Of a stretch of DNA of 64,000 nucleotides, positions 50,001 through 57,928 are shown piece after piece. The DNA lies in the UHGV virus genome UHGV-0112899. One strand, written 5' to 3'. The position numbers and the translations under genes are program-made. Position 1 is the first letter of the stretch. Each line of letters starts with the position of its first letter. A model generated the notes under the pieces. The model did not search any database. It was not told where the DNA came from and saw nothing but the letters and a program-made list of their open reading frames with translations. The stretch is from a virus.

Positions 50001-50125
50001 AGATTTTTTCTATGGCCTTGCAGATGTATGCCGATCCTGAGCAGGCGACTAACTCTGTATTAAACAATGACGGCGTGCTGGAATTTTTCTTGGGATGTAT
50101 GAAGGAGTTGCAAAATGAAGTATAG
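47084..50125 (+). CDS. DdrB-like large protein with HExxH motif
   Basis: 1013 aa; HEIGHH at about nt 49751-49768; operon position matches ddrB; TTG start. Confidence 0.4.
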   Translation: MNKSVTSALSEAADINSVIALVSSLERRETRQGRSSYVVTSKGAEVKTAFKVVDASSLIISNNLDGTINPAFPEELQPRDRTRLSSKLQVNRIASNLRPAQLTDSGMSSHGAPIVGPDNVVESGNGRSMGIWRAYEQGQADEYRQYLIDHAKEFGLNPDEISQMSMPVLVRERLTDVDRAQFARDSNISDLQEMAASEKAYADAQFLTESVMALFNPSDDGNLLARSNDAFIRAFLREIGDTATAGLLTADGRPTKQLIDRIQNAIFAKAYKDERLVRLVAEEPDPEMRNILTALNTAASDFAQMQSLSGDVHHDTVTGLVDGIEQLNGLDKQAIAALQEAINLVREAKDNGQAVEEVIAQRGLFGDSTPEAEALALFIVANNRSAKRMGAAFKKLAQKINDELIHQQQALGDMFGGGDVDLRSILSAVSDEIEAEYGEGKGLNFAMFESVSGDVEPYISKLIADATSVEDLIRIVKASEKIKESAKKIKRNVFLELGFYIRNVTVNEIKAWAKRYGYSNAVLTTMLLSYQRSNFYANALRDAIEKGDEAPSLADERNIDCDIETFCNMSEEGVPAEQFIRVLHNAAKHIPDDFSIDELRNGCLVWLGNYLKSPASIAEKTALRFRKEMNKAGSAEEMVRIIQNTLKLFKKSLHNINDIMAAGRKITASVGVSSELTAEEIADAYIETLVRLKEIVELAEHSSYYGIKERVDFTIEQINKVRSNKEKLTDYLAEVLHQNDHGIGYDLKKMLVFNLDIPEDLQAELYEIASLTRGQKAYPNALENVVHKKVRAAFDMILESSNVSHDQSKEWSRGIAISDEAEQLSGHDNETFSRKAYSIRETIEKAYIISGGTLSTLKNINHKNNVRAFASRNGNITIDANSDHERVLWHEIGHHIEHSNPHLLERAKAFIKSKTNGKVSYHNIGSRGSAEYLVRTDLSHGYMSKIYMENTVSSVSGRFISKPPALSNCRATEIFSMALQMYADPEQATNSVLNNDGVLEFFLGCMKELQNEV

Positions 50126-50408
50126 CATTGTGAGTCCCGCTGGGATTAGAGGGATTGTTGAATGCTCTGATGACGGCACATTGCGTATATTTGAAGGCGA
50201 TATTTCGGAAGAAAATATTGCGCAAGATTTACGCTTTATCAACACAAATTCCGCAATGGGGATCGTGAATACCATTCATGCCGATGGGGTGTTTGTTCTG
50301 CGGAGCCTGGAAACTGTTGGCTGGGAGGTTGAGTGGCCAGAGGTGGAAGGAGATCCTGACGACGAAGACGATACTGGCGAATCATATCAAGACATTGATG
50401 TGAATTGA
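50115..50408 (+). CDS. small acidic protein
   Basis: 97 aa with acidic C-terminus DPDDEDDTGESYQDIDVN; AGGAG RBS; overlaps the previous gene end. Confidence 0.5.
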   Translation: MKYSIVSPAGIRGIVECSDDGTLRIFEGDISEENIAQDLRFINTNSAMGIVNTIHADGVFVLRSLETVGWEVEWPEVEGDPDDEDDTGESYQDIDVN

Positions 50409-50421
50409 TATGATTGATAAT

Positions 50422-50444
50422 CCCGCCGTCAGGCGGGTTTTTTT
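50422..50444 (+). terminator. rho-independent terminator
   Basis: stem cccgcc/ggcggg with gtca loop followed by T7. Confidence 0.65.
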
Positions 50445-50706
50445 AGCGTGGTGTAAGAATAAATTCAGGATGCTCTCCAGCAAGCAATAACAGGTACTCA
50501 AATTCACCAGCCATAAGGCGTCTCGGTTTATTTCTATCTTCTTTGAATTGCCAAGCCCGGAGTTGATACCCCATTTTGTGGGCTAACTCCGTTTGCGTTA
50601 GCCCCATTCGCTGGCGGATTTCAATTATGGTTTCCGGGGTGTTTGGTGGGAGTTGTTTCACAATATGCCCTTTGCCAATGCTGTGATTCGCAACGAAGTA
50701 TATCAT
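50443..50706 (-). CDS. XRE-family HTH protein
   Basis: 87 aa; IIEIRQRMGLTQTELAHKMG helix-turn-helix. Confidence 0.55.
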   Translation of the reverse strand: MIYFVANHSIGKGHIVKQLPPNTPETIIEIRQRMGLTQTELAHKMGYQLRAWQFKEDRNKPRRLMAGEFEYLLLLAGEHPEFILTPR

Positions 50707-50718
50707 CGTTGAATCGAT

Positions 50719-51023
50719 TCACAGAGCTGCGCCGAACAGACCGCAGCATGGCATCCCTTCATCACAGTACCTGGCCCATTCTTTTTGGCATTCTTCTGTT
50801 TGCGCGTATTGGCTTAACGCGTCATCCAGCATATCCCAGGCCTTATAGGAATCCTCTGCAACGCTAAACAAAGTCCTGCCTTCCCGGCTTAGAATTTGCA
50901 GATTGTAAATGTTTTCATTGCTCAGACATGCGTGGCTGATATGCATGTAAACCGACCATGCAGGAACTCGATTTTTGATAGCAAGTTGGTGTAATTTGGA
51001 ATTAATTAAAGAGCTTTTCATGG
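50719..51023 (-). CDS. hypothetical protein upstream of the HTH gene
   Basis: 101 aa from ATG 51023 with GGAG RBS; 12-nt gap to the HTH gene. Confidence 0.4.
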
Positions 51024-51204
51024 GATTTCTCCGCAGCAAAGTGGTCAACTTTTTCAATCTTAATACGCACAATGTGCATATGCAAGTTTTATTCTTCACT
51101 TTGTTACGAGAGGGGCCAGCCAATATTTCTAGTTGAAAAGATCCATCATCAAAAATCACATACTGATTATGCTGCCGCAAACTGAAAACATTTCGCGGTG
51201 ACTC

Positions 51205-52890
51205 ATGGCAACGAAAGACAAAAACAAAGGCTTTCTGTCGGCATTGAAGAAAGCCTTCAACAGTGGCGATGTCACGCCTGCTGATCCGGTCGTTTTTACA
51301 AGCGGTCATAGTGTCGTTGCGCGTTCTGGTCTGTCTGCTTTACGTCCGGGTATCCTGGGTGGCAATAGCGATGGCATGACAAGCGCGGCAGATACAGTAT
51401 CAATTTCGGCAGAACTGCCCGGCGACCGCCTGCAAAAATACAACATACTGGAGACGATGGCGAAAAGTCCGACTATCTCCACAGCATTAAACATTCACAT
51501 TGCGCATTCTCTGGCTCCATCAAAAAAAACAGGCCTCGCATTTATTCTCGCTCCGAAAAATGGGGCAGATAAGGAGGCTGTAAGTCGATGTGAGGAATTG
51601 ACCGCTGATTTAAGCTCAATGATTAATGATGGCCTGCCATCGTGGGCCATGATCATGGCTATTTTCGGTGTGTCGTATATCCGTCCATATGCAGAGCAAG
51701 GGAAGGGGATAACTGGAATTGAGTCGAGCTATTACACGCTCCCTCATTTCGTTCAGGAGTTTTATCGCGGTAGCCAACTTGTCGGATTCAGCGGTGATTA
51801 CATTCTGGATACGCATACTTTGCGCAGAGTTATAACCGAACCATGGAATCTGGTTTCCATGAAAAACCCGTACTGGACGCCTCAGCATAATGTAATGCCA
51901 GTAACTTACGGCACTAAAGGCTATTCCTTGCTTAGTGAACAGCAGGACAAGCCGTTAATGGAGACGCAGAACTACGGTACGTCATTTCTTGAATACAGTT
52001 ATGAACCCTACCTGAATTTATGTGCCGCGCTTGCTGCGCTGAAAGCAACGCGAAACAACGCTGCAAAAATTGATCGCCTGATTGCACTCACAACGAACAC
52101 GATAGATCCGGTAAATGCGGCGAATTATACGCGCGGGGTCAGCCAGGCACTGAAGCGTCATAGCGACCTCGTAGCGCAACGGTCGATTAATTCTAATGCT
52201 CTCCCATCTGTACTTAACCATCTGATACCCGTCATGGGGGATGGGAAGAACGGGATCACCATTGATACGCAATCTATACCCGCAGATATCAGTGGTATCG
52301 AAGACGTTATGTTTCATCTCCGACAGCTCGCGGCAAGCCTCGGTATTGACGCAACAATGCTTGGCTGGGCTGATCAGATGAGTGGTGGACTTGGAGAAGG
52401 CGGTTGGCAGCAAACAGCTATCCAGGCCGCCTTACGCGCGAACTGGATCAGACAGGCCGCCCAGCGGACTATTTATCGGCTTCATGACATTCACCTCGCT
52501 TATAAATACGGGAAGGTTTACACCGAAAAAAACCGTCCTTATGACGTGCAATTCAACTCAATGAACACAGCTATCCAGGAAGAGGAAAACCGAGAGCTGG
52601 ATGCGCGCGCCAACTTCGTAGCTGTCATCTCGCAAATAATGGACCAGATCCAGAACAACCCGAAACTGGCGGGTAGCGACGCGTTTATGCGTTATCTGTT
52701 CACCGAACAGCTTTGTATCGACGATGACACTCTCAACGTAATGATCAAAGAGTTTAAAGCGAATGAATCAGAGCAAAACAACGAGCATGGTATGTACGAA
52801 TCCGCGCCGTTGTCGTCCGGTGACGATCCGGAAAACTGGACGCAAGAACAATTAATCAACTTTGCAAAATTTGTGATGAGCAATAATTAA
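51205..52890 (+). CDS. putative portal protein
   Basis: 561 aa without Walker motifs, followed by a protease/scaffold-like gene; assignment by context. Confidence 0.35.
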   Translation: MATKDKNKGFLSALKKAFNSGDVTPADPVVFTSGHSVVARSGLSALRPGILGGNSDGMTSAADTVSISAELPGDRLQKYNILETMAKSPTISTALNIHIAHSLAPSKKTGLAFILAPKNGADKEAVSRCEELTADLSSMINDGLPSWAMIMAIFGVSYIRPYAEQGKGITGIESSYYTLPHFVQEFYRGSQLVGFSGDYILDTHTLRRVITEPWNLVSMKNPYWTPQHNVMPVTYGTKGYSLLSEQQDKPLMETQNYGTSFLEYSYEPYLNLCAALAALKATRNNAAKIDRLIALTTNTIDPVNAANYTRGVSQALKRHSDLVAQRSINSNALPSVLNHLIPVMGDGKNGITIDTQSIPADISGIEDVMFHLRQLAASLGIDATMLGWADQMSGGLGEGGWQQTAIQAALRANWIRQAAQRTIYRLHDIHLAYKYGKVYTEKNRPYDVQFNSMNTAIQEEENRELDARANFVAVISQIMDQIQNNPKLAGSDAFMRYLFTEQLCIDDDTLNVMIKEFKANESEQNNEHGMYESAPLSSGDDPENWTQEQLINFAKFVMSNN

Positions 52891-52903
52891 CCGGAGGGAA
52901 ATA

Positions 52904-53902
52904 ATGCAATCACTGAATACCGTTACGGATCGCTTCTCCCTGGTAGAGAAAATCCGCAAACACACACCTCAGAACAATCGCAATTACGTTATCCAGTCGG
53001 TACGAGACACATTCAACTCGCCAGAAACAAAAGAGCGTATCGCACTGGGTGAGATGTATGGTTATTACGGTCATGGTCGCCGGGCGATGCACTATAACAA
53101 AACGAAAAGCCTGGACTTGCCGGAAGTCTCTGTTGTGATGGTAGATGGGAAGCCTGTTGTATTGGAGAACGTGCCGTCAAACAGGACTATCGACATTTCA
53201 ATTGACGACAACGGCATTGTTACCCATACACAGGAAATACTGGATACGGACACCGGACGTATTGTTCAGGGTATGATTAATTCTGGCGCAGGTGGTTGGT
53301 CATGGGCTACATCTGGTCCAGATTACTCTGTATCCCTGGTAAAGTCTTTTCACGGTTTTGATTACGTAACTGTGCCTAACTATATCAGCCTCGACAAGAA
53401 AAGCCTGATGCTTGAATCAGCAGAAGAACGCGACGCGGCGATTCATGCGGCACTTATCGAACAAGGTTTTACCGATAATGCTGCTACGGATCTGGTTCAC
53501 CACTTTTCAGCAATGAAGAGTCAGCAAGCCATATTCGAATCAGCACAACGTGAAGTTCTGGAGTCGGAACTGATACATCTTGAAGTGGAAAATATGCAGC
53601 TTCGCGACAAACTACGCGACCAGGCCGCGATGATGGAAAGCCAGGGGGAGAACGCGAAGAAATGCCGCCGTATTTTGCGTGATGCTATCCAGGAAATGCC
53701 TGTTTTTATCAGCGCAGAACAGCGCCGGGCGCTCTGCCGTATGCAGTCAGAGGATGATGCACGCATTGTCGCAGCGATGCTTGAATCCCTGGGGGCTAAT
53801 GCCACTTATGGTCTGCCAATATCAGCCAATAAACAACAAGAAATACCGGTGAAAGAGAACAAGACGGTGACTCCGCTGATCTTTGTGTCTAAGAGGATGT
53901 GA
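52904..53902 (+). CDS. putative prohead protease / scaffold protein
   Basis: 332 aa with coiled-coil C-terminus; GGAGGG RBS. Confidence 0.3.
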   Translation: MQSLNTVTDRFSLVEKIRKHTPQNNRNYVIQSVRDTFNSPETKERIALGEMYGYYGHGRRAMHYNKTKSLDLPEVSVVMVDGKPVVLENVPSNRTIDISIDDNGIVTHTQEILDTDTGRIVQGMINSGAGGWSWATSGPDYSVSLVKSFHGFDYVTVPNYISLDKKSLMLESAEERDAAIHAALIEQGFTDNAATDLVHHFSAMKSQQAIFESAQREVLESELIHLEVENMQLRDKLRDQAAMMESQGENAKKCRRILRDAIQEMPVFISAEQRRALCRMQSEDDARIVAAMLESLGANATYGLPISANKQQEIPVKENKTVTPLIFVSKRM

Positions 53903-53917
53903 GCTAAAAGCTAGCTT

Positions 53918-53950
53918 AATTTTCTAACACAGTGTGTTTTTATACACTGT
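53918..53950. promoter_or_regulatory. operator-like motif with adjacent inverted repeat
   Basis: aattttctaacacagtgtg plus IR acagtgt/acactgt. Confidence 0.4.
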
Positions 53951-54016
53951 TGATCCGACGGCACGTGATCGAGTAGGATCGCGGTCACTGCTCCGGTAGC
54001 GACTGCCAAAAAAAGC

Positions 54017-54042
54017 AAAAGCCGCTGAGTAGCGGCTTTTGG
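54017..54042. terminator. rho-independent terminator (potentially bidirectional)
   Basis: stem aagccgct/agcggctt with gagt loop flanked by A-run and T-run. Confidence 0.55.
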
Positions 54043-54101
54043 GTGTATAAATCCACTGGCATAGATTTATACGGTAGATAGATTTTTCACGGAACTATCT
54101 G

Positions 54102-55064
54102 GTGAGTATTTTAAATTCAGTTTCAGTTACTTTCAACACTTCTGAGTATAAAAACAACACTGAATACCACAAAAAAATCAAAGGTCATCAGTTGAGTTTT
54201 TTTGCTCGTCATAGCGGTTTTCTTTCCCCTTCACATAGCGCCATTATTGCCGAGTTCGCCAACCTGGCAGGAGCTACCGATGAATACATGATCCGTCGCT
54301 CATATGCGGATATGTCCGAGATTACAGGACGCAGTATTTCTACTGTGCGCCGGGCATTTGCCGAAGCGACGAAGTGCGGAATGCTTGTTAAGCAGCATCA
54401 GGTAGCGAATAACAATGCTCAGGTGTGTAACGTGTACCGGTTTACAACACAATTTCTCCACTTCATTCATGTAGCAATGGAGATAGGGAGTAAGCAGGGC
54501 ATCAAATTTGCCAACGCCACAAAACTGGTTAAGCAGTTGATTTCAAAGGTTCGTTATTTTTTTGAAACTGGGAACCCCCTGTTCAAATTGAACAAGTCCC
54601 CCCATGTTCAAAATGAACAGCCAATAGAAAATAAGAGTCACTCTATAGCCAAAAGAAGAGAAAGATCATGCGCGGTTCAGCCAAAGGCTTCACCAGCAGA
54701 TAGTTCTCAAGCGGATAATGGGGGGCTGGATAAAAAACCAGTAATCAGGGAAGAACATACCAACCACTGCCTGGCGGCGGCAAAAGCGAGAGCTGCAAAG
54801 CGTCGTTCAGATGAGGGGCACGCAAAACGGCAGGCTCTGTATCGTACCGCTGAAAAGCTGGCAAAAAAATTTGCATGGATACGTAGTGCCGCTACAGCAG
54901 TGAATAAGCCTAAACAATCCAGTGCCCTGGATTTCTCAATGGATTATTCTGGCTCCCAGGGGTGTGCAACCATTGGTGAAGCCTTTGACCTGATGAAACA
55001 GCGTGGCTATCGGTCTGAATTTGACCGGGAAGACTGGTCAATTCCGGAGGGCTTTCGGGGATGA
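54102..55064 (+). CDS. HTH-containing protein, possible replication initiator (RepL-like by position)
   Basis: 320 aa; HTH-like SISTVRRAFAEATKCGML; flanked by operator-like motifs; GTG start uncertain. Confidence 0.3.
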   Translation: MSILNSVSVTFNTSEYKNNTEYHKKIKGHQLSFFARHSGFLSPSHSAIIAEFANLAGATDEYMIRRSYADMSEITGRSISTVRRAFAEATKCGMLVKQHQVANNNAQVCNVYRFTTQFLHFIHVAMEIGSKQGIKFANATKLVKQLISKVRYFFETGNPLFKLNKSPHVQNEQPIENKSHSIAKRRERSCAVQPKASPADSSQADNGGLDKKPVIREEHTNHCLAAAKARAAKRRSDEGHAKRQALYRTAEKLAKKFAWIRSAATAVNKPKQSSALDFSMDYSGSQGCATIGEAFDLMKQRGYRSEFDREDWSIPEGFRG

Positions 55065-55121
55065 TGTTGCGATTGACTGTACAATAACCGTGCGGCGGGA
55101 ATTTCATCGCTCGAAAATGTA

Positions 55122-55221
55122 TGTTAGAAAATTAAATTGATGTTTCTAATCAAGAATGTATGATTTATATCGTCACTAAAAAACAGCATCTGATAAAAAT
55201 TCTGTTGATCTTTCTAATGTT
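55122..55221. promoter_or_regulatory. cluster of three operator-like motifs
   Basis: tgttagaaaattaa (55122-55135), tgtttctaatc (55141-55151), tttctaatg (55211-55219). Confidence 0.45.
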
Positions 55222-55239
55222 CAGGCTTATATTCATGCC

Positions 55240-55470
55240 GTCGTAGCAAATTCTGCGACCGGGTTTAGCAGCCTGAATGTTAGTGCGGACAACCGCAGAT
55301 ATCCGATATTGCGGTATTTTTGTGTCCGTAAAACCGCGTTACGCCCAAATTATGGTGGGGCGTGATGGGGAGGCTTCGGCCTGCTGGTTTCACTAACGCC
55401 AGTCTGCTAACCCCGTCACGTCCTGCCACCTGTTTAGCAGCGGGTAGCAGGTTGTTAAACCTGTTAGTGA
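55240..55470 (+). ncRNA. candidate structured leader / regulatory RNA of second immunity cassette
   Basis: multiple complementary segments (gtttagcagcc / cctgtttagcagcgggtagcagg) upstream of the coupled small ORF. Confidence 0.2.
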
Positions 55471-55480
55471 GGCCGTAACT

Positions 55481-55705
55481 ATGGTTAATGCCAATCCTTG
55501 CTCACGTCCAGAATTCATCTGGCGTTTTCACTCCCTGCAAAAACACTGCGATCACTTCGCAATTGCCGCAACTGAAAAAGAAGCCCGTTCTCTGATCCCT
55601 GATCAGTATGGCGTTCTCACTGGTCGTTTCTCTACTTCCCCACAACCAAACACCAATCCCTGGTATCGCAATATTACCAATCCCGGCATTGCGGAGGCTC
55701 ACTGA
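55481..55705 (+). CDS. small protein coupled to antirepressor (icd-like by position), paralog of 4406-4621
   Basis: shared EFIWRF...AATE.EARS motif with the first copy; TGATG overlap with the Rha gene. Confidence 0.5.
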   Translation: MVNANPCSRPEFIWRFHSLQKHCDHFAIAATEKEARSLIPDQYGVLTGRFSTSPQPNTNPWYRNITNPGIAEAH

Positions 55706-56412
55706 TGGATATCTGCATTCTCGAAAAGCCATCAATGACCAGCATTGAGATCGCGGAGCTGGTGGGAAAACGTCATGACAATGTGAAACGCACTATTGAG
55801 ACATTAGACAAAGGTGGCGTTATTGTTCGTCCTCAAATTGAGGTTTTCGAAAAAATCAATAACTTAGGACTACGACGTAGTGTTGAGGCTTACGTCTTCG
55901 AAGGCGAGCAAGGCAAGCGCGATAGCATTATCGTCGTCGCGCAGCTCTCTCCCGAATTCACCGCCCGGCTGGTGGACCGCTGGCGCGAACTGGAAGAACA
56001 AGTACGCCAGCCGTTGACCGAAATAGAGATGATCGCTGCAATGGCTGCAAATGCAGTTCAGCAGCAAAAGCGGCTTCATGTTGTTGAGTCAAAGGTTAGC
56101 CAGGTTGCTGAAACCGTCGAGCAGATCAAGAAGGGCAACATGCCAGAAGGTTACATTGGCTATCGTCAGTTAGCGGCGAAATGCGGCCTGACTGAAGCCA
56201 AATGCCGCAACCTGGTCAACGCTTACCGGATTCCCACAGATACGCATGAGTTTATGACGCCAGAGGTGGTATTGTCGCGTCGTACTATTGTGGCCTTATC
56301 TCCCTTCATGAATGCCTTTACCCTGATGATGTCGGAGGCTGAACACCGAGGAAAACGCTGGTATCACCCAAGGATGGGACAATTCCAGGTGATCGGTTGG
56401 GGAGGCGAGTGA
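55705..56412 (+). CDS. Rha-family phage regulatory protein / antirepressor-like, paralog of 4621-5562
   Basis: SIEIAELVGKRHDNVKRTIETL; ~105-bp and ~110-bp stretches near-identical to the first copy. Confidence 0.65.
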   Translation: MDICILEKPSMTSIEIAELVGKRHDNVKRTIETLDKGGVIVRPQIEVFEKINNLGLRRSVEAYVFEGEQGKRDSIIVVAQLSPEFTARLVDRWRELEEQVRQPLTEIEMIAAMAANAVQQQKRLHVVESKVSQVAETVEQIKKGNMPEGYIGYRQLAAKCGLTEAKCRNLVNAYRIPTDTHEFMTPEVVLSRRTIVALSPFMNAFTLMMSEAEHRGKRWYHPRMGQFQVIGWGGE

Positions 56413-56609
56413 TGGATATCATGCAGGCGGTAAAAAAAATCAGGGAAGGACAGGCTGAAGTGTGCCGCCGTAAAGCATGGAGTGTTGGTATATGGATCTG
56501 GCCTGATAATTGCTCTACTACCGGATGGTTTTGTATTAATGGATGCCAGATCCGGGAAGTCGATTTATCGACGGCGGATGCAGTCGGTAATGATTGGATC
56601 GTAACTTGA
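56412..56609 (+). CDS. small protein homologous to the C-terminal domain of the 4621-5562 product
   Basis: VCRRKAWSVGIWIWPD...DWIVT vs VCRRASWPESVWVWPE...DWIVS; TGATG coupling; GGAGG RBS. Confidence 0.5.
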   Translation: MDIMQAVKKIREGQAEVCRRKAWSVGIWIWPDNCSTTGWFCINGCQIREVDLSTADAVGNDWIVT

Positions 56610-56617
56610 AGTGTGAT

Positions 56618-56641
56618 GCCCCGGCCTGGCCGGGGCTTTTT
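56618..56641 (+). terminator. rho-independent terminator
   Basis: stem gccccgg/ccggggc followed by T-run. Confidence 0.55.
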
Positions 56642-57132
56642 CATGCCTCATTAGTTGAGGTTGCTGCGTCGCCGACAGGTAACAGAGCTGTATTGCGTGG
56701 TTCGCCAGCAGGCCAGCGATAGCCAGACACTCTTGATGTTGGGAATGCGCGAATATTAACAGCATCCCCCTGGTTCCCACCCAAGACAAGCAGATCGCCA
56801 TTGGCGCGGCGTCCGACAACAAAGCCTACATGCCCACCGCCTGCGCGAGTAAATACAACGATACATCCGTATGCCGGTGTATCTAATTTCTCGCCCCAAT
56901 CCAGATAGGATTTTGCCGACTCAAATCTTGTTGAGCGGATGCCTACACGTTCCAGCATTGCACCGACAAATGCTGCGCACCACGGCGTTTCATCGTCTTT
57001 AATTCCACCGCGCTTAATATCCCGCCAGAACTGGACGATCTCAGGATTGTGTTTCGCTCCTTTTATTTCGGTGACTCCAATATTTTTACGGGCTTCAATA
57101 AGCCAGCGAGGTTCATTATTGATCATAATCAT
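56641..57132 (-). CDS. putative peptidoglycan hydrolase (TIGR02594-like / CHAP-like)
   Basis: 163 aa; GVTEIKGAKHNPEIVQFW...TPWCAAFVG signature with candidate catalytic Cys. Confidence 0.45.
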   Translation of the reverse strand: MIMINNEPRWLIEARKNIGVTEIKGAKHNPEIVQFWRDIKRGGIKDDETPWCAAFVGAMLERVGIRSTRFESAKSYLDWGEKLDTPAYGCIVVFTRAGGGHVGFVVGRRANGDLLVLGGNQGDAVNIRAFPTSRVSGYRWPAGEPRNTALLPVGDAATSTNEA

Positions 57133-57319
57133 GCTCCGAATGAAAAAAGAGCAATAACTATGTTGAGAATGTGATTTCTATTACACCAAACATTATTAAA
57201 CGGCATTCATCTTTAACTTTATTCAATGTATTATCTAACAGAAAAGTTAAGTTGCGCTAAGTTAATGATAACACTGGTTATTATTTGTTTGCGTTATTTA
57301 TTTGAGAAAAGAGAAAGTT

Positions 57320-57817
57320 ATGAAAAAAGCAATATTAGCGACTATTGTTTGTGCATTTGCATTATCAGGATGCGCTCCGGTTCAGACATACAACAAGCCT
57401 CAGCAAGTAAAACAGTTTGTTAAACGCCCAGCATTCCCTGTAGAGGAATATCAGGCATTGCCGAAAAAAGGCACAGGTAAGGTTAAGGGGGAATTATTTG
57501 GAGTAACTCGCGGAGGGGATGTGAAGATTGGTGCTGGCTCCAATATCATACTGCGTCCGTATACTTCATATATCAAAAATACCCCCAAAATTGATTACGA
57601 CACTCAGACCTTAGAAATAATCGACGGCAGGGTTGCGGAATATGACAGAACTGTCCTGACTGATGCTCAAGGCAAATTTGAGTTCGAAAACGTACCACCA
57701 GGCCAGTATGAAGTGATTGGTTCGTTCAGTTGGTATGCTGGAAATTTCCCGCAAATCGTTCTTCTGAACAAAATCATTACCGTTAAGAACGGTGATGTTA
57801 TCCAGGTTCAACCATGA
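57320..57817 (+). CDS. lipoprotein with carboxypeptidase-regulatory-like domain
   Basis: signal peptide with lipobox ALSGC; TDAQGKFEFENVPPGQYEV beta-sandwich-like motif. Confidence 0.55.
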   Translation: MKKAILATIVCAFALSGCAPVQTYNKPQQVKQFVKRPAFPVEEYQALPKKGTGKVKGELFGVTRGGDVKIGAGSNIILRPYTSYIKNTPKIDYDTQTLEIIDGRVAEYDRTVLTDAQGKFEFENVPPGQYEVIGSFSWYAGNFPQIVLLNKIITVKNGDVIQVQP

Positions 57818-57928
57818 TCCCCTTTTGAGTAAGAACCTTCGGGGTGTGATTCTGCGAAATTAACACACTCCATACCCTCTCAAACCGTACCGCTTAAGGC
57901 GGATTTAACGGTTTTGAGGGGGCTTCCT

